From Takakia lepidozioides (Eukaryota > Plantae > Bryophyta), in the NCBI GenBank assembly GCA_030704615.1, contig CM060732.1, positions 46,314,001-46,378,000 of the forward strand: DNA of 64,000 nucleotides, given 5' to 3'. The translations under genes were made by a program, and so were the position numbers. Position 1 is the stretch's first letter; each line of letters opens with the position of its first letter. Positions 63,929 to 64,000 of the stretch are shown piece by piece. The notes under the pieces were generated by a model that worked only from the letters and a program-made list of their open reading frames with translations, was not told where the DNA came from and did not search any database.

Positions 63929-64000
63929 CTGTAAGCCAAATTCTGGGATTAAATCACATTCATGTAGTTGTCTCAATTAGGTGCATGAGATAGGAAATAA

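Overview
Land-plant nuclear DNA. It is probably from a non-seed, moss-like plant (inference from the MIKC*-type K-like region and the intron composition). Six host genes are supported: a single-exon TM/Pro-Ser-rich protein (5786-6820), a PRXL2A/SelU-like CxxC protein (minus, 4 exons), a 14-exon asparagine synthetase, a 6-exon NADPH 2-alkenal reductase, an intronless MADS-box gene and the 3' end of peroxisomal ABCD1. The rest is densely nested transposon DNA. The main structure is a complete 13.8-kb CACTA element (32785-46621) that splits an ORF1-only LINE in frame. It carries a TnpD transposase, a divergently oriented spliced gene joining an FCP1/NIF phosphatase-like domain to a Tnp1-like domain, and a ~2-kb tandem array built from a PLS-class PPR coding fragment. 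Other notable items are a probable MIKC* retrogene, a (TC)n-tailed LINE that reinserts at TC sites, a head-to-tail Helitron-like junction, CAGTGTT-ended hAT-type elements just upstream of three genes, and a 96-nt GC-rich hairpin. All family calls come from motif recognition by eye; no searches were run.
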